The notes under the pieces: generated by a model
What the model was told of the DNA's origin: nothing
Databases searched by the model: none
Seen by the model: only the letters and a program-made list of their open reading frames with translations
IMG/VR virus record: IMGVR_UViG_3300042433_000193
DNA length: 64,000 bases
Direction: 5' to 3' (one strand)
From: an uncultured virus (IMG/VR IMGVR_UViG_3300042433_000193)
Taxonomy: Duplodnaviria; Heunggongvirae; Uroviricota; Caudoviricetes
Position numbers and translations under genes: made by a program
In this document: piece after piece, positions 50,212 to 59,108 of the stretch
How the letters are laid out: each line of letters opens with the position of its first letter
Numbering within the stretch: the stretch's first letter is position 1

Positions 50212-53092
50212 AACCGCTCCTAAACCGATTAACAGGAGCAGAAGTAATAATCGTGCTAATAACCTTTTCATGTCCCTGAAACTCATTTTCAAGGGAATAA
50301 AATGCTCCCGATAGGCTATCTACAATGTCATTGGTCGGAGGTGTTTTCTTACTACCATCAAAACCCTGACAGGCATTTAAAAACCGAGTGTTCCACGTCC
50401 CATCTCTTAAGATAAAGATTTGTCCCCGACTAGCTGCCGTGGCTACTGGTAAAGCTCGTGTTAGCTTATCCCCTTGAGGTGCTATCGCTCTAATATCATG
50501 ACTCGGATGATTTTCCCTAATTACATTAGTAATGGTATTCTCAACAAATTTACCGCTCGATCCCCCTTCCTGCTCCCATCTTACAGCCACGGTTCTACCA
50601 TCCAATTCAGCAGTATTTTTAAGCATTAATTCCACTTCCCCGACCTTTTTCTGCTCACAGATATTATCGGCAATCACATAAGTAAATTCCTTAATCTCAG
50701 TTGAATCTGACAGTGTATTTTTAACTCTTTGGTATTTATAAACAAGAGTCCCACTGGTGTAACAGTGATAGTTTTCAGCATTTTCTTTAGCAGTTGCCGC
50801 TAAATCCCAGAACCTCACTTTACCTATTAACTTCCAATCGTCGGGTACTTTATCGAGAATCTCAAACCAAGTCCGATCAAATACCGTACCGGCTTCGTAT
50901 TTAACTTTCCAGTTACCTCTGAGAAGTCTTTCCCGCTCAATAGGATGTAAAGCGTAAAGGTTAGCCAAATAGGTAGGGTTAACCTTAATTAAAGCTGGAT
51001 TATCAAAAATCGTAGCTGGAATAAAAGTAAAACTCTTAATCAGTTTATCTGGTGTAATATTAGTATCTATATTTGATAAAAACTTTTCTCTTTTATCTTT
51101 AGGAATAAGGTCAAAAAGTTCATCTTTAAGACTAAATTTATCGATTAGTTCTTCTTTAGTATCAGCCCAGTGGATTATGTTTTCTCGTCTAACAAAATAT
51201 TTAACTATTCCCCCTCTTTCTTCAATAGCATACCCAGTCTTAGGGTCGATCCACCAAGAGATAAAACTAGCTACCCAAGAGTCAGCGTCAGGGTTACAGG
51301 TTGCTCTAACTGCGGGTTTAATGCCTGATACCGAACGGTTTCTAGAGAGAAGATAGAAAAATTGTTCTTCTGTAAAATGGGTTAATTCATCAAAACCTAT
51401 CCTTGCAATTTGTCCCCCTTGATAAACATAGACAGTTTTTTCGTATTGTAAATGTCTAAAAGATATTTTCGATCCAAATGGAAATCGCCACCCTGGAGGC
51501 TTTTCAATAAAATTACCTTTCACTGCTTGATAGATTTTTTGGCTTTCATCTATTAGTCCACCCGCTTGAGTAAATTCAGGATACGTCCGACGAAATATAA
51601 CAGCCCGATAGTCAGGATTGCTAATAAATTCTTGCCGGGCAAAATCAATTAATAGCCCAGCACTATTATGCGTAACTATATAATCATCTGTTAAATAAAG
51701 ATGATTTGGATTGCTAACAGTAATACAACGAGCGTAATCAATTTCAGTTGGTTCAATAGAAACAATTCTTTTACCCGACCAACTTGATCCCCCATTAAAT
51801 TGTCCAAGCATTTTCGCTCGTTCAACTTTACGCGGCAAACTAAAAAGTAATTCAAGGTGATTTCCCTCAACAGCCACGACGTAAGCTGTACGACCATCTA
51901 AATGCTCCCCCTTGTATCTATATTTTGGTTGTCTTTTCGTAATCTTAGCCATATAACCCAAAGAACGAACCAAAGAAGCTACCTGAATAGCCAAATCTTT
52001 ACTGGTTGTGCAATAGGAAACTTCTCTTTTTTTGTCTCCAACAGTTCCATCTGTATCAAAAAGACCTTGAGCAAACGCATAACGAAAATCAAGAGATGCC
52101 GATAAATAGCCGTCGGGAAATACTTTTTCCCACGCTCTTTTTCCTTTATATTCATTGTTGCTTATCCAAGACTTAACCCATTGAACTTTTGTCGCGTTGA
52201 CGGATAAAACTTCTAAACGGTTATCTTTTATTGGTGTTCGTGTTTTAACGGTAGCTTCTTTCCCTAAAATATCAACGAGTTTATCAGCAATAAATCTATC
52301 AGAAGTTGTTACGATAATTGAATCACTACAATAAGAACCATCGCCTATTAAACAACCGTAAAAATAGGCTCTGCCAGTATCAGACCTGTTAAGTGCCGTA
52401 AATTGCAATGGCGCGTTAACTGGAACAATAAACCGTCTTCCTTTGCTAATCTCAGTAATCAACCAATTAGTATCCCTAACCCTTGCTTTTGTAATGTAAT
52501 TAGTATTCCATCCTCTAGGTGTCAGATTCTCCTCAATTCGATTAATCCCGTTACTAGACTTCCTGCGGCTATTACGGCGAGATTCCCAAAAAGACCATAA
52601 ATGATCGCCACAGCATTCTGTACTTGTACCGTCTTCAAAAGAAACCCGATAAAATTGCTTGAATCCCTGTTCGTGAATTTGGATGATTTCTTGATACTGA
52701 CCATCAGGATTCATAATCTTATCCCCGACTTTAAGATCAGAGAAGTCGATCCATTGACCGCTCCATCCCAAGACCTTTGAATCTTTCATTTGTGATTCAT
52801 TAAAACTACTATTATATGATAATAGTCTTTTTCCTAAAAGCGCATCCGCCATAGAAAGCATTTTATCTCGAATCGCTTTTCCTGTCTTGGATGCACGCCC
52901 TGCTTTTCCACTTCCTGCGCCTCCGCCATAGAAGATTACATCAGCGTCAATTTCCCCAAATAAAGCTTGTTTTCCCTCTTGTAATTGAGGAAAAACAATT
53001 TCTTCTTTGGTGTTAACAAGTCGATATTTTTCGGTCGCTGTTTTTATCTTTGAGAGATTTTTTAGTGATAATTTACTCGCTTTCATCGTCAT
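50201..53092 (-). CDS. terL: Terminase large subunit containing an intein
   Basis: YGGGAGSGK|S Walker A, FRRTYPE, FDELTHF, ATCNPD, RFWDLAAT, DIVDSLSGA nuclease motifs. Confidence 0.92.
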   Translation of the reverse strand: MTMKASKLSLKNLSKIKTATEKYRLVNTKEEIVFPQLQEGKQALFGEIDADVIFYGGGAGSGKAGRASKTGKAIRDKMLSMADALLGKRLLSYNSSFNESQMKDSKVLGWSGQWIDFSDLKVGDKIMNPDGQYQEIIQIHEQGFKQFYRVSFEDGTSTECCGDHLWSFWESRRNSRRKSSNGINRIEENLTPRGWNTNYITKARVRDTNWLITEISKGRRFIVPVNAPLQFTALNRSDTGRAYFYGCLIGDGSYCSDSIIVTTSDRFIADKLVDILGKEATVKTRTPIKDNRLEVLSVNATKVQWVKSWISNNEYKGKRAWEKVFPDGYLSASLDFRYAFAQGLFDTDGTVGDKKREVSYCTTSKDLAIQVASLVRSLGYMAKITKRQPKYRYKGEHLDGRTAYVVAVEGNHLELLFSLPRKVERAKMLGQFNGGSSWSGKRIVSIEPTEIDYARCITVSNPNHLYLTDDYIVTHNSAGLLIDFARQEFISNPDYRAVIFRRTYPEFTQAGGLIDESQKIYQAVKGNFIEKPPGWRFPFGSKISFRHLQYEKTVYVYQGGQIARIGFDELTHFTEEQFFYLLSRNRSVSGIKPAVRATCNPDADSWVASFISWWIDPKTGYAIEERGGIVKYFVRRENIIHWADTKEELIDKFSLKDELFDLIPKDKREKFLSNIDTNITPDKLIKSFTFIPATIFDNPALIKVNPTYLANLYALHPIERERLLRGNWKVKYEAGTVFDRTWFEILDKVPDDWKLIGKVRFWDLAATAKENAENYHCYTSGTLVYKYQRVKNTLSDSTEIKEFTYVIADNICEQKKVGEVELMLKNTAELDGRTVAVRWEQEGGSSGKFVENTITNVIRENHPSHDIRAIAPQGDKLTRALPVATAASRGQIFILRDGTWNTRFLNACQGFDGSKKTPPTNDIVDSLSGAFYSLENEFQGHEKVISTIITSAPVNRFRSGFRG
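51665..52903 (-). mobile_element. Intein (413 aa) with LAGLIDADG homing endonuclease, class 3-like
   Basis: Inserted in the P-loop GK|S; starts Ala, ends VTHN|S; DHLW, ARCITV; YGCLIGDG and QGLFDTDG motifs. Confidence 0.9.
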
Positions 53093-53837
53093 CGCTTATC
53101 CTAGTGGGAACCATTACATCATCATCAAATTCTGCACTATCACGAATAATCGAGGTCAGTCCGTCATCGAGTTTCTCTATGCCAGAATGTCCTATAAGTT
53201 TTCCGTCAGGGTCAATAACAGCTAATCCGTGCTTTTGAACAATATTAATTGCGTACTCGATGGTGTCAAAACCTAAAACTTTTTCAAAGGTATCAGTCAA
53301 CGTTTTAGCCATAGTCACTGCGTCTCTATGATTCCAATTTCCGTTAGGTTCAATTGTTATGGCAATCGGTCGGCCCGATTCATCTACAGAATCTATCCGA
53401 CGGCGAGAAATCGGATAATTAGTCATCTGTTCAATCTTTTCGAGGTTTTTTAGAGTAATCTTTAGAGTCTTCTCTCGGATTTCTCGTAAAATGCTATCAG
53501 TGTAAGCTCGCTGCTCTTGAATCTTTAAAAGCCAATAGGCTTTCGCCCGCTCTTCCCATCGATAGTTTTTATGCGCTAACTGCCAGTCATCGGGGACAGT
53601 TTTAGCTCGTTTAAATTTAGTCTTCTCTATCTGTTCCCCAGAAGCTTCCCCGCAGTTACCGTAAGCTCGGTTTAAAGTGCGATAGCCTGATGGAATAGGA
53701 AGGTAAAAAATCTGAAATCTTTCAAACCAGTCAGGGGTTTCTAGTTCTTGCTGTTCCCAGATAGGATATTTGGTAAACTCGATTACCTCTTCATGAATAG
53801 AGTATGTACGCTTTCTGCCTCGATTAGTGACAACCAT
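53073..53837 (-). CDS. Terminase small subunit (putative)
   Basis: IWEQQELET...F..F..., W....RWEERAKAY motif; overlaps the terL start. Confidence 0.65.
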   Translation of the reverse strand: MVVTNRGRKRTYSIHEEVIEFTKYPIWEQQELETPDWFERFQIFYLPIPSGYRTLNRAYGNCGEASGEQIEKTKFKRAKTVPDDWQLAHKNYRWEERAKAYWLLKIQEQRAYTDSILREIREKTLKITLKNLEKIEQMTNYPISRRRIDSVDESGRPIAITIEPNGNWNHRDAVTMAKTLTDTFEKVLGFDTIEYAINIVQKHGLAVIDPDGKLIGHSGIEKLDDGLTSIIRDSAEFDDDVMVPTRISDDDESE

Positions 53838-53878
53838 TGGTTATTATAGTAGTAGAGTTACTTAATCTTACATCAATC

Positions 53879-54583
53879 ATGACAGATAAATTGGAAATTG
53901 AGTATCGACGGCTTTGCGACCTAAAACAACTAAAGGGTAATTCCAAAAAACACGCCACTGAAAACACAATAGCTTCAATATTGGATATGGGATTTAAAGA
54001 CCCAATTGGCTACGATCCGAGCTTAAACGGCGGAAAAGGGGGGATTACTGAGGGTCATGATCGGTGTGCCGCACTATTAGCAATTAAAAAGCGCAAAATA
54101 GATCGACCTAGAGGTATAGATATTGACAACGATGGGGAGTGGATGGTTCCTATTTTAGTAGGAGTTCACGCTAAAAATGAGGCTCAAGCTATAAAATACT
54201 CGATTATTCACAACCATTCTACGATTCACGGGGCGGGGCTTGACCTTGCTACGGAATTAAAGCTTTTTGATACTGACTTACTAATTAGCCAAGCTGAATA
54301 CCTTGATGAAGAGGGGGAGAATTTAGGAGTAATCGGCGATTTAAATTCAATCCTAGAAGCTTTAAATACTTCAGATAATTTAGATAATTCTGATAATTTT
54401 GAATCGAATATAACAGATAATTTTTCGGGAAAAAACAAAGAAATTGACATCGAGGGTATGGATGGGCAAATGATAATTAAATTAAGTTATACAGAAAATG
54501 AATACTGGCAAGTAAAAGAACAATTAAGTAAAATAGCATCGACACCCGAACAAGCAGTATGGAAGCTTTTAGGTAATGACTAA
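53879..54583 (+). CDS. ParB/Srx-like domain protein associated with a methylase
   Basis: NSKKH...IASILDMGFKDPI, ITEGHDR; probable start MTDKLE. Confidence 0.65.
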   Translation: MTDKLEIEYRRLCDLKQLKGNSKKHATENTIASILDMGFKDPIGYDPSLNGGKGGITEGHDRCAALLAIKKRKIDRPRGIDIDNDGEWMVPILVGVHAKNEAQAIKYSIIHNHSTIHGAGLDLATELKLFDTDLLISQAEYLDEEGENLGVIGDLNSILEALNTSDNLDNSDNFESNITDNFSGKNKEIDIEGMDGQMIIKLSYTENEYWQVKEQLSKIASTPEQAVWKLLGND

Positions 54584-55622
54584 ACATAAATTTGCATATA
54601 AGTGGAATTTGTCAGATGGATACCCAGCACCCGGAATTGAAAAACATGGGTTAAAAGTATTTGGTACTTTTATCTGTGGCGGTGGTTCGACTATGGGTTA
54701 CAAGTTAGCAGGTTTTGACCATTTAGGAGGTGTTGAAATAGACTCGCAGGTAGCTGATGTATATAAAGTTAACCACAATCCTAAATATTTATTTATTGAA
54801 GATATAAGAGATTTTGCTGATCGTACAAACTTTCCTAATGAACTTTATAACCTAGATATTTTAGACGGCTCACCTCCCTGCTCTTCATTTAGCATGGCAG
54901 GAAATAGAGAAAAAGACTGGGGGAAAGAAAAAGTATTTAGGGAAGGTCAGGCTAAACAGCGACTTGATGACCTTTTCTTTGATTACATACGATTAGCAAA
55001 AAAACTACAGCCAAAGGTCGTTATCGCTGAAAATGTTAAAGGAATTATTCAAGGTAATGCCAAAGCGTATGTAAAGCGAATAAAAGATGAATTTGAAAAA
55101 GCAGGGTATAAAGTACAGTTATTTCTTTTGAATGCTGCGAGCATGGGAGTACCTCAAAAACGTGAGCGAGTATTTTTTATTTGCCAAAGGAATGATTTAA
55201 ACTTTAAAAATCTAGAGTTAAGTTTTGATGAAAAATCAATTATTTATAGTGAATTTAAGTCAAAAAAATTAGGAAAAGAATTAACCAATGAAACAAAAGC
55301 TGTATGGGATAAAAGAATAAAAACAGATCAAGATTTAGCGAGTATTCACGAAAGAATTGGAAATAAAAGAAAAAGATTTCAAGCTAAATTTATTCACGAT
55401 AACCAGATTTCTCCTACTACAGTAGCAAGTGGAGATTCTGTCCCAATAAGATTTGATCATCCAAATAGAATAACAATGGATGAAGTTAAAATGATTGGTA
55501 GCTATCCGCTTGATTACAACTTTAAAAATATTAAACCAAATTATTTAATAGGAATGAGTGTGCCTCCTGTAATGACCGCACAGATAGCGCATCAGATTTA
55601 TTTACAGTGGTTTACAGAATAA
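54576..55622 (+). CDS. DNA (cytosine-5)-methyltransferase
   Basis: FICGGG, DGSPPCSSFS, ENVKG, GVPQKRERVF, GMSVPP. Confidence 0.92.
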   Translation: MTKHKFAYKWNLSDGYPAPGIEKHGLKVFGTFICGGGSTMGYKLAGFDHLGGVEIDSQVADVYKVNHNPKYLFIEDIRDFADRTNFPNELYNLDILDGSPPCSSFSMAGNREKDWGKEKVFREGQAKQRLDDLFFDYIRLAKKLQPKVVIAENVKGIIQGNAKAYVKRIKDEFEKAGYKVQLFLLNAASMGVPQKRERVFFICQRNDLNFKNLELSFDEKSIIYSEFKSKKLGKELTNETKAVWDKRIKTDQDLASIHERIGNKRKRFQAKFIHDNQISPTTVASGDSVPIRFDHPNRITMDEVKMIGSYPLDYNFKNIKPNYLIGMSVPPVMTAQIAHQIYLQWFTE

Positions 55623-55642
55623 TCAGTACAAAAGTATCCACA

Positions 55643-55664
55643 GTGACACTTGATAAACTGTCAC
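55643..55664. promoter_or_regulatory. GTGNCA-N10-TGNCAC palindromic site
   Basis: Copies at 55643-55664, 55970-55991, 56508-56529 and 2584-2605. Confidence 0.55.
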
Positions 55665-55706
55665 ACTTTGCCAACTATCTGAAAATTATCATGATATATT
55701 TAAAAT

Positions 55707-55894
55707 ATAAGCACTAAACCAAGTGCATCCATTAATTAGAGCCTCCATAAGCTACTGGGCGGATCAGTAACCGATTTGAAATAGTAGTCGGCTGGTGAGA
55801 CTGGTTAATGAGTCGTTCTAAGCTTGCTGGTGTAATTCCAGTAACCGATTTGAAATAGTAGTCGGCTGACGCACGCACTTGGTCTAGTGCTTAT
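55707..55894 (+). ncRNA. Candidate structured ncRNA: 20-bp closing stem enclosing two identical 30-nt hairpins
   Basis: 55707-55726 pairs with 55875-55894 (19/20); cagtaaccgatttgaaatagtagtcggctg at 55765-55794 and 55839-55868. Confidence 0.6.
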
Positions 55895-56059
55895 TACTTT
55901 AAATAGATTCTTAGTTATTCTAGTGACAGTAAATCACTGGAATAACTGCTTTAGATGTCCCCAAGCATTGTGACAGTTTATCAAGTGCCACACTTCGCCA
56001 ACACTTATCAAGAGGATTAATCTACATTAGAAATGTAAGCAAAACACACACCGCAGATC

Positions 56060-56521
56060 ATAAATAACCTACAATCTAAACTGGCTCGACTAAACGCTCA
56101 ACTAGCGATTACTAGAGGACGGCAAAACCAGCGTAAACTAATTGAAAAAATCTTAAAAGTAGAAGCCGTTATCGAAGCAATCGGGAAAAATACTATCGTA
56201 AGCTTTAAAAGATTGCCTAAAACTCGCGCTCTTATTTTAGAAACTCCTCGCCGCGCTTAGAGAGCATGGGTAGCGAAAATCTCACCCGAAAAAGATATTA
56301 AGCACGGTGGATTCATCAAGAAGTTTATCGAGCCTGTAAGTCGAAAATTTGAAGGTAAAAAAGGCGAAACATCTGCAACTTTTGAGATTCCTATCGATTT
56401 AAACGTTATTTATCAAGATAGCGATGGGGACTACTGGGTATTTGAAAATGTCAAAGGGAAAATTCAAAGCATCTCCTATCAAGAAGTATGCTATCGTTTT
56501 TCTCAGCGTGTCAGTGCCTAA
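56060..56521 (+). pseudogene. 153-codon gene with ATA start and in-frame TAG; N-terminus paralogous to 59109-60347
   Basis: (I)NNLQSKLARLNAQLAITRG...KILKVEAVIE versus MNTLQTKLARLESQLKITKG...EILKVESAIE; TAG at 56258-56260. Confidence 0.7.
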
Positions 56522-56569
56522 AGTGGCACAGCAAAACACCTATTTTCAAGAATTAAGTGATTTACTTAA

Positions 56570-56660
56570 GGTAGTTGCACAAAGAACTCCTATTAGGAAT
56601 TGAAACTATGAACTATAATCGTAGTTGCGTGCGCTTTATCTAATAATCCCTATTAGGGAT
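56570..56660 (+). CRISPR. Degenerate type I-D-like repeat, ~23-nt spacer, truncated repeat
   Basis: ...ctcctattaggaATTGAAAC then ...taataatccctattagggat; resembles the CCCTATTAGGGATTGAAAC end of cyanobacterial I-D repeats. Confidence 0.6.
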
Positions 56661-56694
56661 ACCCCGAAGCTTAAGTAGGGGAAAATTTGAAAAA

Positions 56695-57225
56695 ATGAAA
56701 GCTCTGCTACTCGATCTTGATGGCACGATCCGCCGGCCTACTAGCGGAAAATTCATCGAATATCCAAACGATCAAGAACCAATCGAAGGGGCGATAAAAG
56801 CTATAGAAATTTACCATCAAGAGAGATGGACGATGATAGGAATCACCAATCAGGGCGGAGTAGCCGCCGGCTATAAATCCTTAAAAAGCGCAATCGAAGA
56901 ACAGCAAAAAACTTTAGAAATATTTCCCCTACTTTCTTATATCTACTTTTGCCCTGATTTCGAGGGGAATTTGTGCTATGGCGTAAGTCGAGAAAATATA
57001 GATTTAATCCATGTAATTTGCAAAGAATTTTTAGGCCAATTTAGAAAGCCTAATTGTGGTATGATTTCCGCATCTTTAAAATCCTTTGACAAAGAACCTA
57101 CCGATATTTTAATGGTAGGAGATCGAGAAGAAGATAAATTAGCGGCAAAAAATGCAGGAATCAACTTTTTAGACGCTCATGTTTGGAGTGTATATTCCCT
57201 TGATTTAACAAAGAATACCAGATGA
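56695..57225 (+). CDS. HAD-IIIA phosphatase (GmhB/polynucleotide 3'-phosphatase-like)
   Basis: LDLDGT, ITNQGG, RKPNCGM, MVGDREED. Confidence 0.85.
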   Translation: MKALLLDLDGTIRRPTSGKFIEYPNDQEPIEGAIKAIEIYHQERWTMIGITNQGGVAAGYKSLKSAIEEQQKTLEIFPLLSYIYFCPDFEGNLCYGVSRENIDLIHVICKEFLGQFRKPNCGMISASLKSFDKEPTDILMVGDREEDKLAAKNAGINFLDAHVWSVYSLDLTKNTR

Positions 57226-57506
57226 TTGATGTTTTCAAAAATAAGATTAGAAAAACAAAAGTGATAACACCTAGACAAGCCTACATCTATCTAGTGTGGG
57301 CAAAAAACAATAATCTTGACCCAGTGCCTGTAACTTCCCGTCATCGGAACTATCGCTTTAGAGTGGCATCAACTACAGCAGAATTAGGAATAGGTAAAGA
57401 ACGAATTAGACAAGTTTTAGCTAAAATTCTTAAACTACTATCAAAAGGAACCCAAATTGAGGAGGCGACCCAAATAATATTAAGAGAATACGAAAAATTC
57501 AACTAA
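57222..57506 (+). CDS. Sigma70 region-4-like HTH protein
   Basis: AELGIGKERIRQVLAKILK.L. Confidence 0.55.
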   Translation: MIDVFKNKIRKTKVITPRQAYIYLVWAKNNNLDPVPVTSRHRNYRFRVASTTAELGIGKERIRQVLAKILKLLSKGTQIEEATQIILREYEKFN

Positions 57507-57508
57507 CT

Positions 57509-57538
57509 AAAAACCCGTCAATTAATTGACGGGTTTTT
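57509..57538. terminator. Intrinsic terminator
   Basis: aaaaacccgtcaattaattgacgggttttt. Confidence 0.75.
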
Positions 57539-57779
57539 AGTTAATATTGTTAACAGATTGGTAGCAGTGTATTAACAGCGAAAAGTATTGATATATATAC
57601 GTTTTATTAGTTTGTTGCTACTGTTAATAGGTTTCCCGATTCTCGTTTTTTTTGTGTCCAGATTCCCTAATATAGAAAATTCTATATTAGGGAATAATTG
57701 ATTATTTAATGTAGTACAATATCAATATGCCCTCGTTGACGCGAGGGACTAACCAAGTCAACCTACTGTAGAGGCTAAC

Positions 57780-58484
57780 ATGGCTGATCTAATTTTACAA
57801 CGTTTTGATCACGACGGCATCGAGCTAATTATCGACACTCAGACCGGTGAAAGCTTTGCCTCAATCAAAGGATATGCTCGTATGTCTGGGAAAAGCCACA
57901 ACGCTATCACTATGCGATTAAACCGGCTATCTAAAGAAGATAGCAAGGGGGTAACTTCTGAATCTCCAAATCACCCTCAAATTCAAACAGGGAGCGGGTT
58001 ACAAGGGGGTAACACAATGGGGTTAGGATTAGGATTGCTAAAACAGGCTCAAATTCAAACAGAGGGCGGGTTGCAAGGGGTTTATCTAATCCCAGAAGAC
58101 CTAATCTGTAAGTGGTTGCCAAAGGATAATCCTGAGTTAGCCTCTCAAGTGCTTAAGCTAGGAGTCCGATTATTCCTTCACACATTAGCTGGTTTTCGCG
58201 TCAAGAGCGAGGCAATTAAAGAGGTAAGACAACTTGAGAGCCAAATCGTCAAACTAAGCGAAGAGAAGCAAATACTAGAGGAGTTGATCGAAACTCAAAA
58301 GATTATGATCGCTGACTTTAGCAGTAAAAACTCGATGCTTGACTATAAGCGGCTAGTGATCGAAGAATTGCACGCTGAAAAAGAGCGCGATATAGCTAAA
58401 TTTAACTTACTCGAAACCGAACGAGAAAAAGCACGGGGATGGCGAGGCGGTCGAATGCTTACAAGAAACGATAAAAAACGGTAA
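57780..58484 (+). CDS. Antirepressor-like DNA-binding protein with coiled-coil tail (tentative)
   Basis: Paralog of 45809-46263; followed by terminator hairpin 58503-58530. Confidence 0.55.
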   Translation: MADLILQRFDHDGIELIIDTQTGESFASIKGYARMSGKSHNAITMRLNRLSKEDSKGVTSESPNHPQIQTGSGLQGGNTMGLGLGLLKQAQIQTEGGLQGVYLIPEDLICKWLPKDNPELASQVLKLGVRLFLHTLAGFRVKSEAIKEVRQLESQIVKLSEEKQILEELIETQKIMIADFSSKNSMLDYKRLVIEELHAEKERDIAKFNLLETEREKARGWRGGRMLTRNDKKR

Positions 58485-58553
58485 AAATACCTAAACCCAT
58501 ATAAACCCCCTATGGACTCATAGGGGGTTTATAGTTTGTTGGTTTGTAAATAG

Positions 58554-58984
58554 ATTGTAGATAAGGTGATCGACAATAAAAAGCATTGATATATATAGGT
58601 TCTAGACTTTGTTAGTATTGTTACTCTATTTCCCCGTGTCAGAATTTTTTATCCTTTTCTTATTGTCCAGTTTGTTTGTCTCTCTTTATTTTTTTCTCTC
58701 TGTATAGAGTGTCGACAAGATAAACAAACCTCGAAATCTATACTCTGCAAGGATTTCGATTGTTAATAACCTTATCTACAATCTATCTACAGACTAACAG
58801 ACTTATTGCTGACTTTGGTTTTTTTTTCTATTGCTAAACTTAGTTATCTCCCGCAGTCTTTTTATTGTCCAGCCTGGTATATTTTCTTATCTTTTCTTTT
58901 TCCCTATAAACCATTGACAACGTTAACAAAGCCTACAACCTTTGCGGAGTAAAGGTTTTGATTGTCGATCACTTTATTAACAAT
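58554..58984. repeat. ~70-bp dispersed element cluster (locus 4; a degenerate copy also at about 57556-57627)
   Basis: Forward 58554-58623, reverse 58712-58782 and 58915-58984. Confidence 0.75.
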
Positions 58985-59015
58985 CTATTTACAATGGTAA
59001 CGAGTAAATATACTT

Positions 59016-59100
59016 AGTACATCTGCTCAGAAATAATTCTCCCATATACTTGACTTTATTGGGAGAATGATCTAATATAGAAAAGTAAACAAAACACACA
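59016..59100 (+). promoter_or_regulatory. Repeated promoter/operator module (copy 1 of 4)
   Basis: tagtaca..gctcagaaa..TTCTCCCA....TTGAC.ttatTGGGAGAA...aaacacac; also at about 60407, 61309 and 62506. Confidence 0.8.
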
Positions 59101-59108
59101 ACGACGAC

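Noticed and set aside
55791..55830. Second hammerhead (ctggtga-gact...agtc-gttc)
   Set aside because: Core deviates: CUGGUGA instead of CUGANGA, and no GAAA after the stem.
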